A stretch of 49,589 bases of DNA from Candidatus Gastranaerophilaceae bacterium (GCA_045132355.1 JBGUSD010000203.1:1-49589); one strand, 5' to 3'. Shown: positions 37,625-45,858, counted from the stretch's first letter. Notes: generated from the letters alone by a model not told the origin. Made by a program: numbers and translations.

Positions 37625-37698
37625 GGCTGGGTAGCTCAGTTGGTGAGAGCGCACGGCTCATACCCGTGAGGTCGAGAGTTCGAATCTCTCCCCAGCTA
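37625..37698 (+). tRNA. tRNA with anticodon CAU (elongator Met or lysidine-type Ile2); no encoded CCA
   Basis: Manual cloverleaf: GGCTGGG|TA|GCTC|AGTTGGTGA|GAGC|G|CACGG|CTCATAC|CCGTG|AGGTC|GAGAG|TTCGAAT|CTCTC|CCCAGCT|A. Not initiator-like: only two G-C pairs next to the anticodon loop, and 1-72 is a G-U pair. Confidence 0.9.
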
Positions 37699-37743
37699 AA
37701 TAAAAAGAGGATAAGTTTTTCTTATCCTCTTTTTATTTTGGGG
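37683..37743 (+). repeat. direct repeat copy A: last 16 nt of the tRNA plus its terminator
   Basis: Matches 37869-37926 except for one-base length differences in three homopolymer runs. Confidence 0.9.
37704..37739 (+). terminator. intrinsic terminator after the tRNA
   Basis: 12-bp stem AAAGAGGATAAG-ttttt-CTTATCCTCTTT followed by a T-run. Confidence 0.75.
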
Positions 37744-37868
37744 ATATTGATGAGAACTCTAAATGAGTTCGAACGACCTGTGAGCAGAGTGCGGAGGCTT
37801 GTTTGCGGAATAATGTATAATTATGCAGCAAACAACCGAAGACACGTTTATTGCGAACAGGTCAAGAC

Positions 37869-37926
37869 AATCTCTCCCCAGCTAAATAAAAGAGGATAAG
37901 TTTTTCTTATCCTCTTTTATTTTTGG
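37869..37926 (+). repeat. direct repeat copy B: tRNA 3'-end fragment plus terminator hairpin (37888-37925)
   Basis: AATCTCTCCCCAGCTAAATAAAAGAGGATAAGTTTTTCTTATCCTCTTTTATTTTTGG read directly. Confidence 0.9.
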
Positions 37927-38010
37927 AAAGAATAAAAATGATTTTAGGATAACATTTTGTATTAAGAGTTTTGTTGAAATAGAAACGCAACATGTTGCTA
38001 TACAATGTAT

Positions 38011-38667
38011 TTATGCCGAAATATCCACAAAATTAGAAAAGTTGGTGTTAACCTTAACTTTACAATATCTGCTCTGTTCTTTCCAAAATTTATGAGTGCC
38101 GTCAACTATGAATTTTGGTATAAGTTGCATTGGCAAGAGTGAAGCTGCCGGATTGCAGTATTTATCATAATTCAACAATTCGAATAAATCTTCTTTGTGC
38201 TTGGCAATGTTGCTGTAATCAAAGTCCGGTAACTTTTCCATTTGATAGATTTCTCCGTTTGAATTCACAGCATACATGCGTTTTAAACATTTATTATCAA
38301 CAAAATATTCATAATCTCCCTTAGATAATGCCGTAGTGCACCCTTTTGCATATGTATCCGGGTGTCCATGTAGCATTATTTCTGTGGCATGATGCATATT
38401 AACACAATCCGCTTTGCCCTGTACTTCGGCAACGACCCTTCTTCCTTTTATACAAATTGCTCTTTCAAAAGGGTTTGGAGATTGTAGTGCTTTACTACAT
38501 CTCTCAATTCCATATTCAATGGCAGATTCCTGGCTGGTAAAAAGCAAAGAACCATCTTTAAGACGAAGACCTTGTTTTGGTATATTCCTAACCAACGAGC
38601 TTGGTTTAATATAAACCTTTTTACTGCATACGGCCTTTAATAACGGCATTATCCTTGTTTTACTCAT
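38011..38667 (-). CDS. hypothetical protein with a JAB/MPN-like HxH...SxxD motif
   Basis: LHGHPDTYAKGCTTALSKGD preceded by VVAEVQG. The H-to-S spacing is 12 residues rather than the canonical 7. Start set at ATG 38667 (GGGGGT 4 nt upstream). Confidence 0.3.
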   Translation of the reverse strand: MSKTRIMPLLKAVCSKKVYIKPSSLVRNIPKQGLRLKDGSLLFTSQESAIEYGIERCSKALQSPNPFERAICIKGRRVVAEVQGKADCVNMHHATEIMLHGHPDTYAKGCTTALSKGDYEYFVDNKCLKRMYAVNSNGEIYQMEKLPDFDYSNIAKHKEDLFELLNYDKYCNPAASLLPMQLIPKFIVDGTHKFWKEQSRYCKVKVNTNFSNFVDISA

Positions 38668-38942
38668 TATTACCCCCAATGTTTCAATAATGAATGATTA
38701 TATATATAAAGTGTTTTTTTTAAAAAAAATTGCCTAAAAACAGACTTCTAGCTTAAAGCGTTTGCGGTGCGAAATTTTGCGCTAAAAACCCTCAACATTT
38801 CTGTTCAAAGTCATCAACCCGATTGTTATTTTATATTAGAATAAAAAGCTAATTGATCTTACAATAAATTATTTGATTTCTTGTTATAGAGATTACTCGT
38901 GTGGTTAATGAAAAAGAGTTTTTCTATTTTTAAAATACATTT

Positions 38943-40256
38943 ATGAATTACGTAAATAAATTATTAACAGCATTGGATGAGGAGATCTTATTATCTCTTG
39001 ATGATTGGACATTGAAACATCAATTTGCATCTGGAATGAAAAAATGGGTTGCAAATATTGTTCCTTACGATTTATTATCCAGAAGCGTTAAATGGGCAGT
39101 AAATTCCCTTATGACACTTAATCAAGATGGAAATTTTTACAAATTTTTTCCGGAGGAGATAGATTCTCCTGATTATGGTGATAACTGGGGGGTTAGTGCT
39201 AATTATATTGAGATAAATAATCGTACAATAGCAGAGATGTACAAAAACTTTTGCAAAAATGGAATTCTAAGTACTATAAAGCTTTTACCTGCTATATTCC
39301 CAAGTGCAAAAAGTTGGGCTAATTGTATAATTTTATCTCAAATTTTTCCAAACATATATGGTGATGGTTATAACAAACCCGTCGATGTTGAAAACTCTAT
39401 TTACGGAATTAAACTTAACGCCGGATATAGTAAAAATATTATATGTTCTGATATTGTTGATAAAATTACTCCGTCCGAGCAGTTTAAGGCTTTTAATAAT
39501 CTTGCAAATTTTCACGGTTTGAAAACGGGTTTTAGAACTGTTATTTCTGCGGATCAAATTAAGGTTGTTCAAGATGATGGAAGTGATGTAACTTTTGATT
39601 GGAATAATAGTGAACATTTTGATTTATTTTTGAATTCTCATATTGAATTGGTAAATTTGGGGTTTGAAGCTATTTTTATTGATTCCGCAAAACATATTGG
39701 CGGATATGACATGGGAAATTATACCGGTGTTGGGGCATTGCCAAGTTATGAACAAATGCAATATATAATTCATGAAATCAGAAGCAGAACGGGTAATACT
39801 CACCTCAGTTTTGTTGGAGAAAAAAGCTCAGGTGATTTTGCCAGATACCAAAATCTTGGGCTTTCGACAGGCACAGGTTTTATAGAACCGGATGATTTTC
39901 ATTCCGTAAAAAATGCGGCAATTAATTATAAATATTCCGTTCAATACTCACCCGGGGTTGAAGTTTCAAACGACAATGATACTGGTGGACGCAGTTATGA
40001 ACAACGATTGCATAGAATAAATAACTCAATTTTTGCTTATGAATTTCCGAGCGATAAACTTGCAAGTTTTATGCAGATGGAGGATTTATTTCCGTTAAGA
40101 TATGATACGAGCACACATCATCTTATGATATCAAATCCAAATTACTCATCTGATGGAACGGTGGAAAATCATTGGAAAAATCTTTTTGCACAAGAAGATG
40201 GCAGGGAATATAATAAAAAAGTCGCTGAATTGTTTTTGCATACGCTAAATTTATAA
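38943..40256 (+). CDS. divergent alpha-amylase-family (GH13-like) TIM-barrel protein, cytoplasmic
   Basis: GFEAIFIDSAKHIGG resembles GH13 region II (GFRxDxxKH), SFVGEKSS resembles region III (Glu), and VSNDND resembles region IV. Confidence 0.35.
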   Translation: MNYVNKLLTALDEEILLSLDDWTLKHQFASGMKKWVANIVPYDLLSRSVKWAVNSLMTLNQDGNFYKFFPEEIDSPDYGDNWGVSANYIEINNRTIAEMYKNFCKNGILSTIKLLPAIFPSAKSWANCIILSQIFPNIYGDGYNKPVDVENSIYGIKLNAGYSKNIICSDIVDKITPSEQFKAFNNLANFHGLKTGFRTVISADQIKVVQDDGSDVTFDWNNSEHFDLFLNSHIELVNLGFEAIFIDSAKHIGGYDMGNYTGVGALPSYEQMQYIIHEIRSRTGNTHLSFVGEKSSGDFARYQNLGLSTGTGFIEPDDFHSVKNAAINYKYSVQYSPGVEVSNDNDTGGRSYEQRLHRINNSIFAYEFPSDKLASFMQMEDLFPLRYDTSTHHLMISNPNYSSDGTVENHWKNLFAQEDGREYNKKVAELFLHTLNL

Positions 40257-40949
40257 TTATTTGCGCATATTCTTCTTTTTCTTTATTGTATAACTGTAAC
40301 TTTCTCCTATCAGTTCCATAATTCTTTCATCAGAAATTGTTTCATCAAGACTCAGAGTTATCCAACTTTTTTTATTCATATGCCATGCCGGATAAAATCC
40401 GTCAAGGCCAATCAATGCTTGAATTTCGTCAGGGTCAAGTTTTATATTAATAAATTCGGTTTCGCCCTTTTTCTTTTTATTTATTTTAGAAAAATCAATA
40501 CTTCCGACAAGTCCGTACCATTTATTGCTTTCAGGGTTTTTGAAAACTCCGTATGTTGGGTAATCTTCCCATAAAAATTGCGGAGTGTCTTTGTATTTTT
40601 TGTATATAAGTTTTGCTATTCTGTTTGCCTGCGGGTATATAAAAAGGTTTTTAGAAGAACAATTTTGGCAAATATCCTTTAAGATGTTTTCGTATTCTGT
40701 TCTGACATCTGCAACGAAAGAGCCCTGATTGTTCTCAACTCTCAACGGCAAAAACTCATCGTCATTTTCTATATCATAAACTTTGCCTGTGATGGTACCT
40801 TTTTTGTCCACTGTTATAACAGCTTTGAAGGTATTACCCATAAAAGGTTTTTCAAAAACGTATTTATCTGATTTTTTAGAAAAACCGTAATCAATAAGTT
40901 TATTAAGATCTATTGTTTGTCGCTTGAATATGTCTGATTCTATTGTCAT
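40257..40949 (-). CDS. MmcQ/YjbR-family protein with an extra N-terminal domain
   Basis: The C-terminal FYPAWHMNKKSWITLSLDETISDE is typical of the YjbR family. SD AGGAAGG. Confidence 0.65.
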   Translation of the reverse strand: MTIESDIFKRQTIDLNKLIDYGFSKKSDKYVFEKPFMGNTFKAVITVDKKGTITGKVYDIENDDEFLPLRVENNQGSFVADVRTEYENILKDICQNCSSKNLFIYPQANRIAKLIYKKYKDTPQFLWEDYPTYGVFKNPESNKWYGLVGSIDFSKINKKKKGETEFINIKLDPDEIQALIGLDGFYPAWHMNKKSWITLSLDETISDERIMELIGESYSYTIKKKKNMRK

Positions 40950-41076
40950 ACAACCTTCCTACATTTAGTTTATCATAAATTTTGTAAAAATATGTAACGA
41001 TAGAACAATAAATTCTAAAGTTTTTGACAACACAAGCCGATATGTATTTTGTTAGAGCTTTAAGGAGAAGTGTATT

Positions 41077-41289
41077 ATGGATGACAAAAAAGTTATGAAC
41101 GAAGAAGATTTGATGGTTGATTTTGCTGAAATGACAAGTTTCGATTTCAACGCATTAGATCGTCAACAAATGCAAGAATTACATAAGATTACAGACAGTG
41201 AATACCTGGAAAAACCTTATGCTTTCAAATTTGGTAAATTTGATTTGGCAGATTTGTTCAAATCATTCACATTGCAAAAAGAGGTGTAG
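41077..41289 (+). CDS. hypothetical small acidic protein (70 aa)
   Basis: SD AAGGAG. Followed 2 nt later by the next ORF. Confidence 0.4.
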   Translation: MDDKKVMNEEDLMVDFAEMTSFDFNALDRQQMQELHKITDSEYLEKPYAFKFGKFDLADLFKSFTLQKEV

Positions 41290-41291
41290 TT

Positions 41292-41522
41292 ATGGATATG
41301 GATAATTTAGACGATCTGTTCATGGAGAATTGCTTTTTGCCATGCATAGGAGAGGCAGAAGTAAAACCTGACAGAGTACAAAGAGTTGTTCAACGCAAGG
41401 ATTTGGATACTTTGCTTGCAGAACTCAATCAGATAGAGAACAATATTGAGGAGATAAGAGCCCGTCAGTGGCATTTGGCGGAGCTGGCGAAATTCCACAG
41501 AGAAGGAATTGTTCGTCAGTAG
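41292..41522 (+). CDS. hypothetical small protein (76 aa), acidic N-terminus, coiled-coil-like C-terminus
   Basis: SD GAGGTG inside the end of the upstream ORF. A terminator follows. Confidence 0.4.
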   Translation: MDMDNLDDLFMENCFLPCIGEAEVKPDRVQRVVQRKDLDTLLAELNQIENNIEEIRARQWHLAELAKFHREGIVRQ

Positions 41523-41537
41523 GCTATCAGACAAAAG

Positions 41538-41564
41538 AAAGCACCCTTTTATAGGGTGCTTTTT
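41538..41564. terminator. bidirectional terminator hairpin
   Basis: AAAGCACCCT-tttat-AGGGTGCTTT followed by a T-run. Confidence 0.7.
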
Positions 41565-41588
41565 CGTCAGAAAGATGGAAAAAAGGAG

Positions 41589-41807
41589 TTAAGCGATTTT
41601 GGGTTTGCCTGTCATATTGAGTAATACGTCAATGACTTTAGGCATCTGGCACACAAATGAATAATTTCCTTTTGATAATGAGCATTGTTTGCAGTCACAG
41701 TGGATACTGTAACATTCCAATGCTTGTTCCGTCCAATTTTGCGTAATGGAATCGGAAATTTCCCCGTTAGTCTGTGGATAAAAGTCCTCATCAAAATATT
41801 CTTTCAT
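41589..41807 (-). CDS. hypothetical small Cys-rich protein (72 aa)
   Basis: CYSIHCDCKQC...VCQ, a possible zinc-binding cluster. SD GTGAGGG 7 nt upstream. Confidence 0.4.
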   Translation of the reverse strand: MKEYFDEDFYPQTNGEISDSITQNWTEQALECYSIHCDCKQCSLSKGNYSFVCQMPKVIDVLLNMTGKPKIA

Positions 41808-41947
41808 ACCGAAGCCCTCACTTCCCCAATATCATTTTAAGCCATGAAGGTTTATCTTTAATCCTCTATTTAGATGAAGTTTTTATTGACCAATATTATA
41901 AAGTTTGATATATTTTATACATAATGATATTAAGCGAGGGTATTAGA

Positions 41948-43081
41948 ATGGGTAATTATAATAAACAATCTGCGTTCACGCTATCAGAACTTTTAATCAC
42001 AATGAGTATAATTGGTGTAATCGCAATACTTACAGTACCGAATATCGTGAGGAACATATTCAAAGATTCATACCATTCAAAAGCATTGGCCGTTCAAGAA
42101 AATGTAGTAAAGGCAGTAAGAAGTTTTATTGTATCAGAGAGATTGGTAGATTTAGAAGATTCAGCTATATATAAAGATAAGGGTTCTTTTTTAAATAATT
42201 ATTTGAAAATAACAAAGGATTGCACAACAACAGGAACGGAATGTTTCAATACAACATATAAGATATCATCAACCGAGACAGAAGATTTGTCAAACCTGTT
42301 TTCAGCAGACAATAAATATTATGTAATAATGAACACAGGGGCATCATTAGGTTTGTTAACGGGCGGAACAATACCGCCGAATCAGGTATATGCGATAGTA
42401 GATGCAAACGGAAAATCAGCCCCGAACGTATTTGGCGTAGATATGTATATGTTCAGCATACTGACAGATGGGACGGTAAGCGACTTGAAAGATGGAATAG
42501 AAATTGCAGAGGCAGATCCTGATGACTATGAACCGGATAAGCCTAAACCTAATGATCCAACGCCTAGTGATCCTACACCTAGTGACCCTACACCTAGTGA
42601 CCCTAAACCTAATGATCCAACACCTAATAATCCTGATGACGGAGGCCAGCCCGTTGAGAGTGAACCGTTTGATTATTGTAGTTATGTATGTGGTAATGCT
42701 ACAGTTCTTCACCGCTTGGAGAGTTCAGAAGGTGGAATAAATGGAAATACGGTAACTTATACTTATGATGAGCAGGAAATTGTATCGCTGTGTGCAAAAG
42801 AAAATGATTATGTCCGCAGTGCGGGTTGCTCTTGTCAAAAAGAATGTGGACGTCCAGAGGGTAAGGTCCAAGCTACCTATTATTGTCCTTATGTAAGACA
42901 AGGGAAACCAATAGGAGAAATAATGCATGAGCTGTGGTTTCGCGGTACCGGAGGGACAGTAAGTTATACCGTACCTGAAACAATATACCCTGCCGGTTAT
43001 CCTAGGTGGGTTTCACCTTGCACTTATGTTAAAATCAATAATGTAAGCTGTTGCAGTTCTCCGGTTACAACCGACTGGTAA
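41948..43081 (+). CDS. modular type IV pilin-like protein: pilin module + Pro-rich repeat linker + Cys-rich C-terminal domain
   Basis: SA|FTLSELLITMSIIGVIAILTVPNI has the class III signal. NTGAS and VDANGKSAPNVFGVDMYMF..TDGTV blocks match the other two paralogues. A (P-x-P-x-D)6 linker is followed by about 150 aa with ten Cys. Start at ATG 41948 (SD GAGGG). Confidence 0.7.
   Translation: MGNYNKQSAFTLSELLITMSIIGVIAILTVPNIVRNIFKDSYHSKALAVQENVVKAVRSFIVSERLVDLEDSAIYKDKGSFLNNYLKITKDCTTTGTECFNTTYKISSTETEDLSNLFSADNKYYVIMNTGASLGLLTGGTIPPNQVYAIVDANGKSAPNVFGVDMYMFSILTDGTVSDLKDGIEIAEADPDDYEPDKPKPNDPTPSDPTPSDPTPSDPKPNDPTPNNPDDGGQPVESEPFDYCSYVCGNATVLHRLESSEGGINGNTVTYTYDEQEIVSLCAKENDYVRSAGCSCQKECGRPEGKVQATYYCPYVRQGKPIGEIMHELWFRGTGGTVSYTVPETIYPAGYPRWVSPCTYVKINNVSCCSSPVTTDW
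42542..42631 (+). repeat. six tandem 15-bp units (CCT-AMA-CCT-ART-GAY type) encoding PKPND/PTPSD repeats
   Basis: Read directly. Units 3 and 4 are identical; units 1-2 nearly equal units 5-6. Confidence 0.95.
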
Positions 43082-43091
43082 TGTAGTAACG

Positions 43092-43115
43092 TAGGTCAGG
43101 CTTTAGCCTGACCTA
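43092..43115. other. perfect 11-bp-stem hairpin TAGGTCAGGCT-tt-AGCCTGACCTA without a T-run
   Basis: Read directly. Lies between the convergent pilin-like gene and engB. Confidence 0.6.
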
Positions 43116-43220
43116 AACTAGAATGACGATAAGACGATAGGACGCTAAGTTCGTATCATTATTTAATATTTAACGACTGTGCAGATTATTGAAAAATTGT
43201 ATATTAAAGCACCTAACGAC

Positions 43221-43790
43221 TTATTGTCTTATCAGTCTTTCAAGTATTTTTTCATTATATCGGTTATCGATTGCGCTGAACGGATAAACTTCTCCGCCAA
43301 ATTCCTTTTCAACATTCTTTAAGACATTCAAAGCCTTTGGTTTTGGCACATAATCCATCTTGGTTACAACTGTTATAATAGGCAGGTTATAATTTTCAAC
43401 CCATTCACGCATTTGAAAATCGTTCTTCTGTATATCGTGTCTGCCGTCTATCAATTGAATAAGCGAAGATATTTGTTCTCTTTTTAACAAATATTCTTCC
43501 AAATACTTTTGCCAACGGTTTTGGGCTTCCTTGGACACCTTTGCATATCCGTATCCCGGCAAATCTGCCAAAATAAATTTATCTGAAAAGTTGAAAAAGT
43601 TTATTAATCTTGTTTTACCGGGGGTATTTGATGTTTTGGCAAGTTTTTTGTTATTCGCGAGCGCATTGATAAATGAGGACTTGCCAACATTTGATCTGCC
43701 TAAAAGAGGAAACTCATTGAGTGCAAAATCAGGACACTGACTGAGCTTTTCTGCACTGACTATAAACTTTGCCTGCAAAAAAGTTTTCAT
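43221..43790 (-). CDS. engB: ribosome-biogenesis GTPase EngB/YsxC
   Basis: G1 GRSNVGKSSFINAL, G3 DLPGYG, G4 TKMD. Confidence 0.9.
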   Translation of the reverse strand: MKTFLQAKFIVSAEKLSQCPDFALNEFPLLGRSNVGKSSFINALANNKKLAKTSNTPGKTRLINFFNFSDKFILADLPGYGYAKVSKEAQNRWQKYLEEYLLKREQISSLIQLIDGRHDIQKNDFQMREWVENYNLPIITVVTKMDYVPKPKALNVLKNVEKEFGGEVYPFSAIDNRYNEKILERLIRQ

Positions 43791-44041
43791 CCCTTGAGTG
43801 CCTTTTCCCTCTGATCTTGCAATCTGCGTTTATACAGTACTGTTTGGAACAGGTTATACATATTATCGCTGTCTACAACGGTTATTTGGGTCTTATTATT
43901 CACAAAATCGACATTTACTGATGGCGGATTACTAAAGATATTCGTTTTTAAATTTACAATCTGAAAAAGCCCCTCAGTTAAGATACTTAGAGGCTCTCTC
44001 AGAAATATTTCAAATGTTGTTCGAATATCGAAATTTTTCAT
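43787..44041 (-). CDS. hypothetical protein (84 aa) coupled between the TPR gene and engB
   Basis: Overlaps the upstream TPR gene by 1 nt (TAATG) and engB by 4 nt. Confidence 0.45.
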   Translation of the reverse strand: MKNFDIRTTFEIFLREPLSILTEGLFQIVNLKTNIFSNPPSVNVDFVNNKTQITVVDSDNMYNLFQTVLYKRRLQDQREKALKG

Positions 44042-45858
44042 TATCTGATTTTAGTTTTATATTTTGCAATTTTCTTATTGATTGCATCTCTGTCAGAAGC
44101 ATTTGGTGCATATGACAAGTATTGGTTATAGTATTTTACAGCACCTTGATAATTTAATTCTGCTTCGTATGCCATTGCCTTTAGTTTTGCAATTTCTGCT
44201 GAGTTGTGATAGAAGTCGATTGCACGGTTACAATATTCAATTGTAGATGCGTAATTCTTTTCTTTGTATTGTCTTTGAGCAACATCAAAGAATTCTTCTG
44301 ATTTGATTTGGCACAAGTTGATGTAATCAATACCGTTCTTAGCAATGATGTTTGTCGGATCTTTCAACAAAGCCTTTTGTAAAGCGGTTCTTCCTGTTCT
44401 GAATTGTTTGTTGTGAACAAGAATTTCTGCCAAATACAGGTAATCATCAACATCTGATGCAAAGTTGATTGCATTTTCAAATGTATAAACAGCATCTTTT
44501 TCTCTGCCAAGAGCCAGATAAGCTTCACCCTTGATTACAGAATCCATAACATTGTTTCCTGCAGATTGAATAATGTAATTCAAACTGTCAGTTGACATTG
44601 GCATTTGGTGAGTAATTCTTGCAAGTTTAAGTTTTGCAAGGTGAAGTTTCAAATCATTAGGTGTTTTTTCGATTGCTTTATCAACATATTCATATGCAAG
44701 GTAAGCATCTTTGTTTGTTGTATAAGTTTCACTGTCTGCTTGATCCTTAGCCATTTCATAATATGTGTTTGCAAGACCGATGATTGCTTCATCATTATAT
44801 TGTGCATCTCCAAGTAATCTTGAATAGTAATCAAGAGCTTGGTTATATTTTTTAGTTTCTAAAGACATATTAGCAACTTTAAAAATACCTTCTCTGTATC
44901 CAGGGTTGATAACGATTGCTGTCTTTAATGTTTCCATAGCGAATTCAGAATCTGCACGTCTTTCATAAACGTCAGCCAAATCGATGTATGGACGTGAATT
45001 TTCAGGTTTTACAGTAATAGCTTTTCTGAAAGAATTGATAGCTGCGGCTTGGTTACCTTGTTTTAGGTACAATTCACCTTGCAAAGTCAATGCAGGAGAT
45101 GAAATTGGATTGATGTGTAATGAGTGGTTAATCCAAGTTAAAGCTTTTGAGTAGTTCTTTCTCTTTGCTTCTACCTGACCCATATGGTACATTGAAGTTG
45201 GGTTGTGTGTGTTATATTTCAAAGCCAACATATAATTTTTTTCAGCTTCGTCCAAGTTGTTTTCTGACAAAGCAATGTTACCCAAATTGTCATATGCAGG
45301 TGCAAAATCCGGTTTGATTTGCAATGCTACCTGGAACAATTCTTGAGCATCTTTTTTGTTGCCAAGCCTTAGGGTTGCAACACCCATAGCGTTATATGCT
45401 TCAAAGTGGTTGCTGTTAATGTTTACAGCGCTTACAAATTCTTTGATAGCGTTTGTTGTTAATGTTTTTGATGTTTTGATGTAATCAACATCAGATGATG
45501 TTTGTCTCATCAAATATACCAAACCTTGTGCATAGTGAAGGTCTGCATTGTTTGGATGTGATTTTAATAATTTATCCAATCTCGTTTGTGCCGGTTCAAG
45601 CATATATTGTTTTGCAAAAGAAATTAATTGCAAAGCTTGGGCATCTATGTTATTTGGATTTTCTGCCAAAAGGTTTTTTATCCTTGCATCAGCTTCTTCA
45701 TAGTTATTGTATTCCAACATTTTACTGATTTCAGGGTATTTTTTAGTTACTTTGTTTTTTTCAACTTTTGCCTGTAAGTCAGCTGCGAAAACGTTTGTGG
45801 TAAACATAAGTCCTGTTAGTACTACCGCTGATACTAATAATTTTCTACAATTCATCAT
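44041..45858 (-). CDS. secreted TPR-repeat protein
   Basis: Signal peptide MMNCRKLLVSAVVLTGLMFTTNVFA. Many 34-residue TPR-like repeats (AYNAMGV, APAYDNLGNI, and others). Confidence 0.7.
   Translation of the reverse strand: MMNCRKLLVSAVVLTGLMFTTNVFAADLQAKVEKNKVTKKYPEISKMLEYNNYEEADARIKNLLAENPNNIDAQALQLISFAKQYMLEPAQTRLDKLLKSHPNNADLHYAQGLVYLMRQTSSDVDYIKTSKTLTTNAIKEFVSAVNINSNHFEAYNAMGVATLRLGNKKDAQELFQVALQIKPDFAPAYDNLGNIALSENNLDEAEKNYMLALKYNTHNPTSMYHMGQVEAKRKNYSKALTWINHSLHINPISSPALTLQGELYLKQGNQAAAINSFRKAITVKPENSRPYIDLADVYERRADSEFAMETLKTAIVINPGYREGIFKVANMSLETKKYNQALDYYSRLLGDAQYNDEAIIGLANTYYEMAKDQADSETYTTNKDAYLAYEYVDKAIEKTPNDLKLHLAKLKLARITHQMPMSTDSLNYIIQSAGNNVMDSVIKGEAYLALGREKDAVYTFENAINFASDVDDYLYLAEILVHNKQFRTGRTALQKALLKDPTNIIAKNGIDYINLCQIKSEEFFDVAQRQYKEKNYASTIEYCNRAIDFYHNSAEIAKLKAMAYEAELNYQGAVKYYNQYLSYAPNASDRDAINKKIAKYKTKIR

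Noticed and set aside
37585-37899. 104-aa ORF in the track spanning the tRNA and both repeat copies
   Set aside because: It reads straight through a well-formed tRNA gene and its terminator. Its repeated ISPQLNK peptides are just the translated direct repeat. Only the internal 49-codon part (37750-37899) has an SD, and even that is doubtful.
38714-38729. T8A8 tract in the 263-bp divergent intergenic region
   Set aside because: Homopolymer A/T tracts are expected in AT-rich promoter regions. There is no flanking structure suggesting a specific element.
42542-42631. CRISPR array (also considered for 3377-3399 and 1011-1101)
   Set aside because: The repeats are 15-bp in-frame coding units, a microsatellite, and a single 30-bp pair. 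There is no repeat-spacer periodicity of 28-37 bp with unique spacers, and there are no cas genes.
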